DNA of 63,109 nucleotides, the filler included, from Globobulimina sp. (lineage: Eukaryota): the NCBI GenBank assembly GCA_003354225.1. It is 27 parts of 27 records of this genome, joined end to end, with 100 filler letters (N's around TTAATTAATTAA, not from the genome) between each part and the next. Parts side by side here need not be neighbours in the genome. Positions count along the whole stretch, not along the records: positions 60,870 to 63,109 come from PIVH01007962.1; 26 more parts are not named here. The stretch is one strand, 5' to 3'. A program made the translations under genes and the position numbers. Positions 62,674 through 63,109 of this stretch are shown here, in pieces (positions within the stretch are counted from its first letter, which is position 1; each line of letters starts with the position of its first letter). The notes beneath the pieces are model-generated. The model was not told where the DNA came from and did not search any database. It saw only the letters and a list, made by a program, of their open reading frames with translations.

Positions 62674-62757
62674 GCAGGGGTGGCCGAGTGGTTAAGGCGA
62701 TGGAGTTAAGATCCATTTCTCAATCGAGAGTCGTGGGTTCGATTCCCGCTCCCTGTA
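62674..62757 (+). tRNA. tRNA-Leu(TAA)
   Basis: Acceptor GCAGGGG/TCCCTGT, TGGCCGAGTGG D-arm, ATGGA-GTTAAGA-TCCAT anticodon arm, long variable arm, GGTTCGATTCC, downstream T-run. Confidence 0.9.
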
Positions 62758-62785
62758 AAGATTTTTACTGTGCCAAAAGTCGGAA

Positions 62786-62869
62786 GCATGGATGGCCGAG
62801 CGGTTAAGGTGATGATTTCAAGCGTCATTGTTCCATCGAACATCGTGGGTTCGAATCCCACTCCATGCA
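62786..62869 (+). tRNA. tRNA-Leu(CAA)
   Basis: Acceptor GCATGGA/TCCATGC, ATGAT-TTCAAGC-GTCAT anticodon arm, long variable arm, GGTTCGAATCC, T7 terminator. Confidence 0.92.
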
Positions 62870-62970
62870 ATTTTTTTGGCAAGACAAATCGCTCGGTCTA
62901 CAGGAGTTTAGATTCGCGCTTCCCATAAATTTTCAGTACAAAGACCGAGATTGCTACTTTCGATATCCGT

Positions 62971-63044
62971 AGTTCTGTAGCACTACCGGTAGTGCATCGG
63001 ACCTAGTGCGTTCGAGGAAGTGAGTTCGATTCTCACCGGAACTA
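62971..63044 (+). tRNA. Atypical tRNA, anticodon AGT (nominally Thr), with an extended anticodon arm
   Basis: AGTTCTG/CGGAACT acceptor, GCAC/GTGC D-stem, TCGGAC-CTAGTGC-GTTCGA, GTGAG-TTCGATT-CTCAC, TTTT terminator. Confidence 0.75.
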
Positions 63045-63109
63045 TTTTGCTTTTAATATTCTCGCTTATTTCCGGCTTTTCGGCCGTCCGTCGCCTTCGG
63101 CTACTCCCG

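Overview
This window is not one locus. It is 27 unrelated short contigs (2242, 2241 then 2240 bp, so sorted by length) joined by artificial 100-bp spacers (N44-TTAATTAATTAA-N44). Nothing can be inferred across a spacer. Most contigs come from an AT-rich, gene-dense protist genome with short spliceosomal introns; a foraminiferan/rhizarian source is my inference from the gene-family repertoire. Recognisable genes include GRK, a BEACH protein, RPB5, RAD54, CDK7, delta-COP, a Rab7-like GTPase, PAM18, SAR1, a PDI-like protein, a divergent H2A, cysteine synthase, a SET protein and an EF-hand/PDZ/Kv channel. Three contigs carry short bacterial fragments (hisC, osmC-like, NRPS C-domain) fused mid-gene to eukaryotic DNA, which points to whole-genome-amplification chimeras. 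Two contigs look viral. Contig 7027-9268 is giant-virus-like, with an RNase II/RNB gene and an AEP primase-SF3 helicase broken by one stop just before Walker A. Contig 60870-63109 is a Maverick/Polinton (adintovirus-like) segment with an integrase, a spliced 'GasderminX/PW'-like gene, further tiny spliced ORFs and a cluster of three tRNA genes, one structurally atypical. That last contig is the most promising candidate for an undescribed system. All product calls rest on motif recognition by eye, without database searches.
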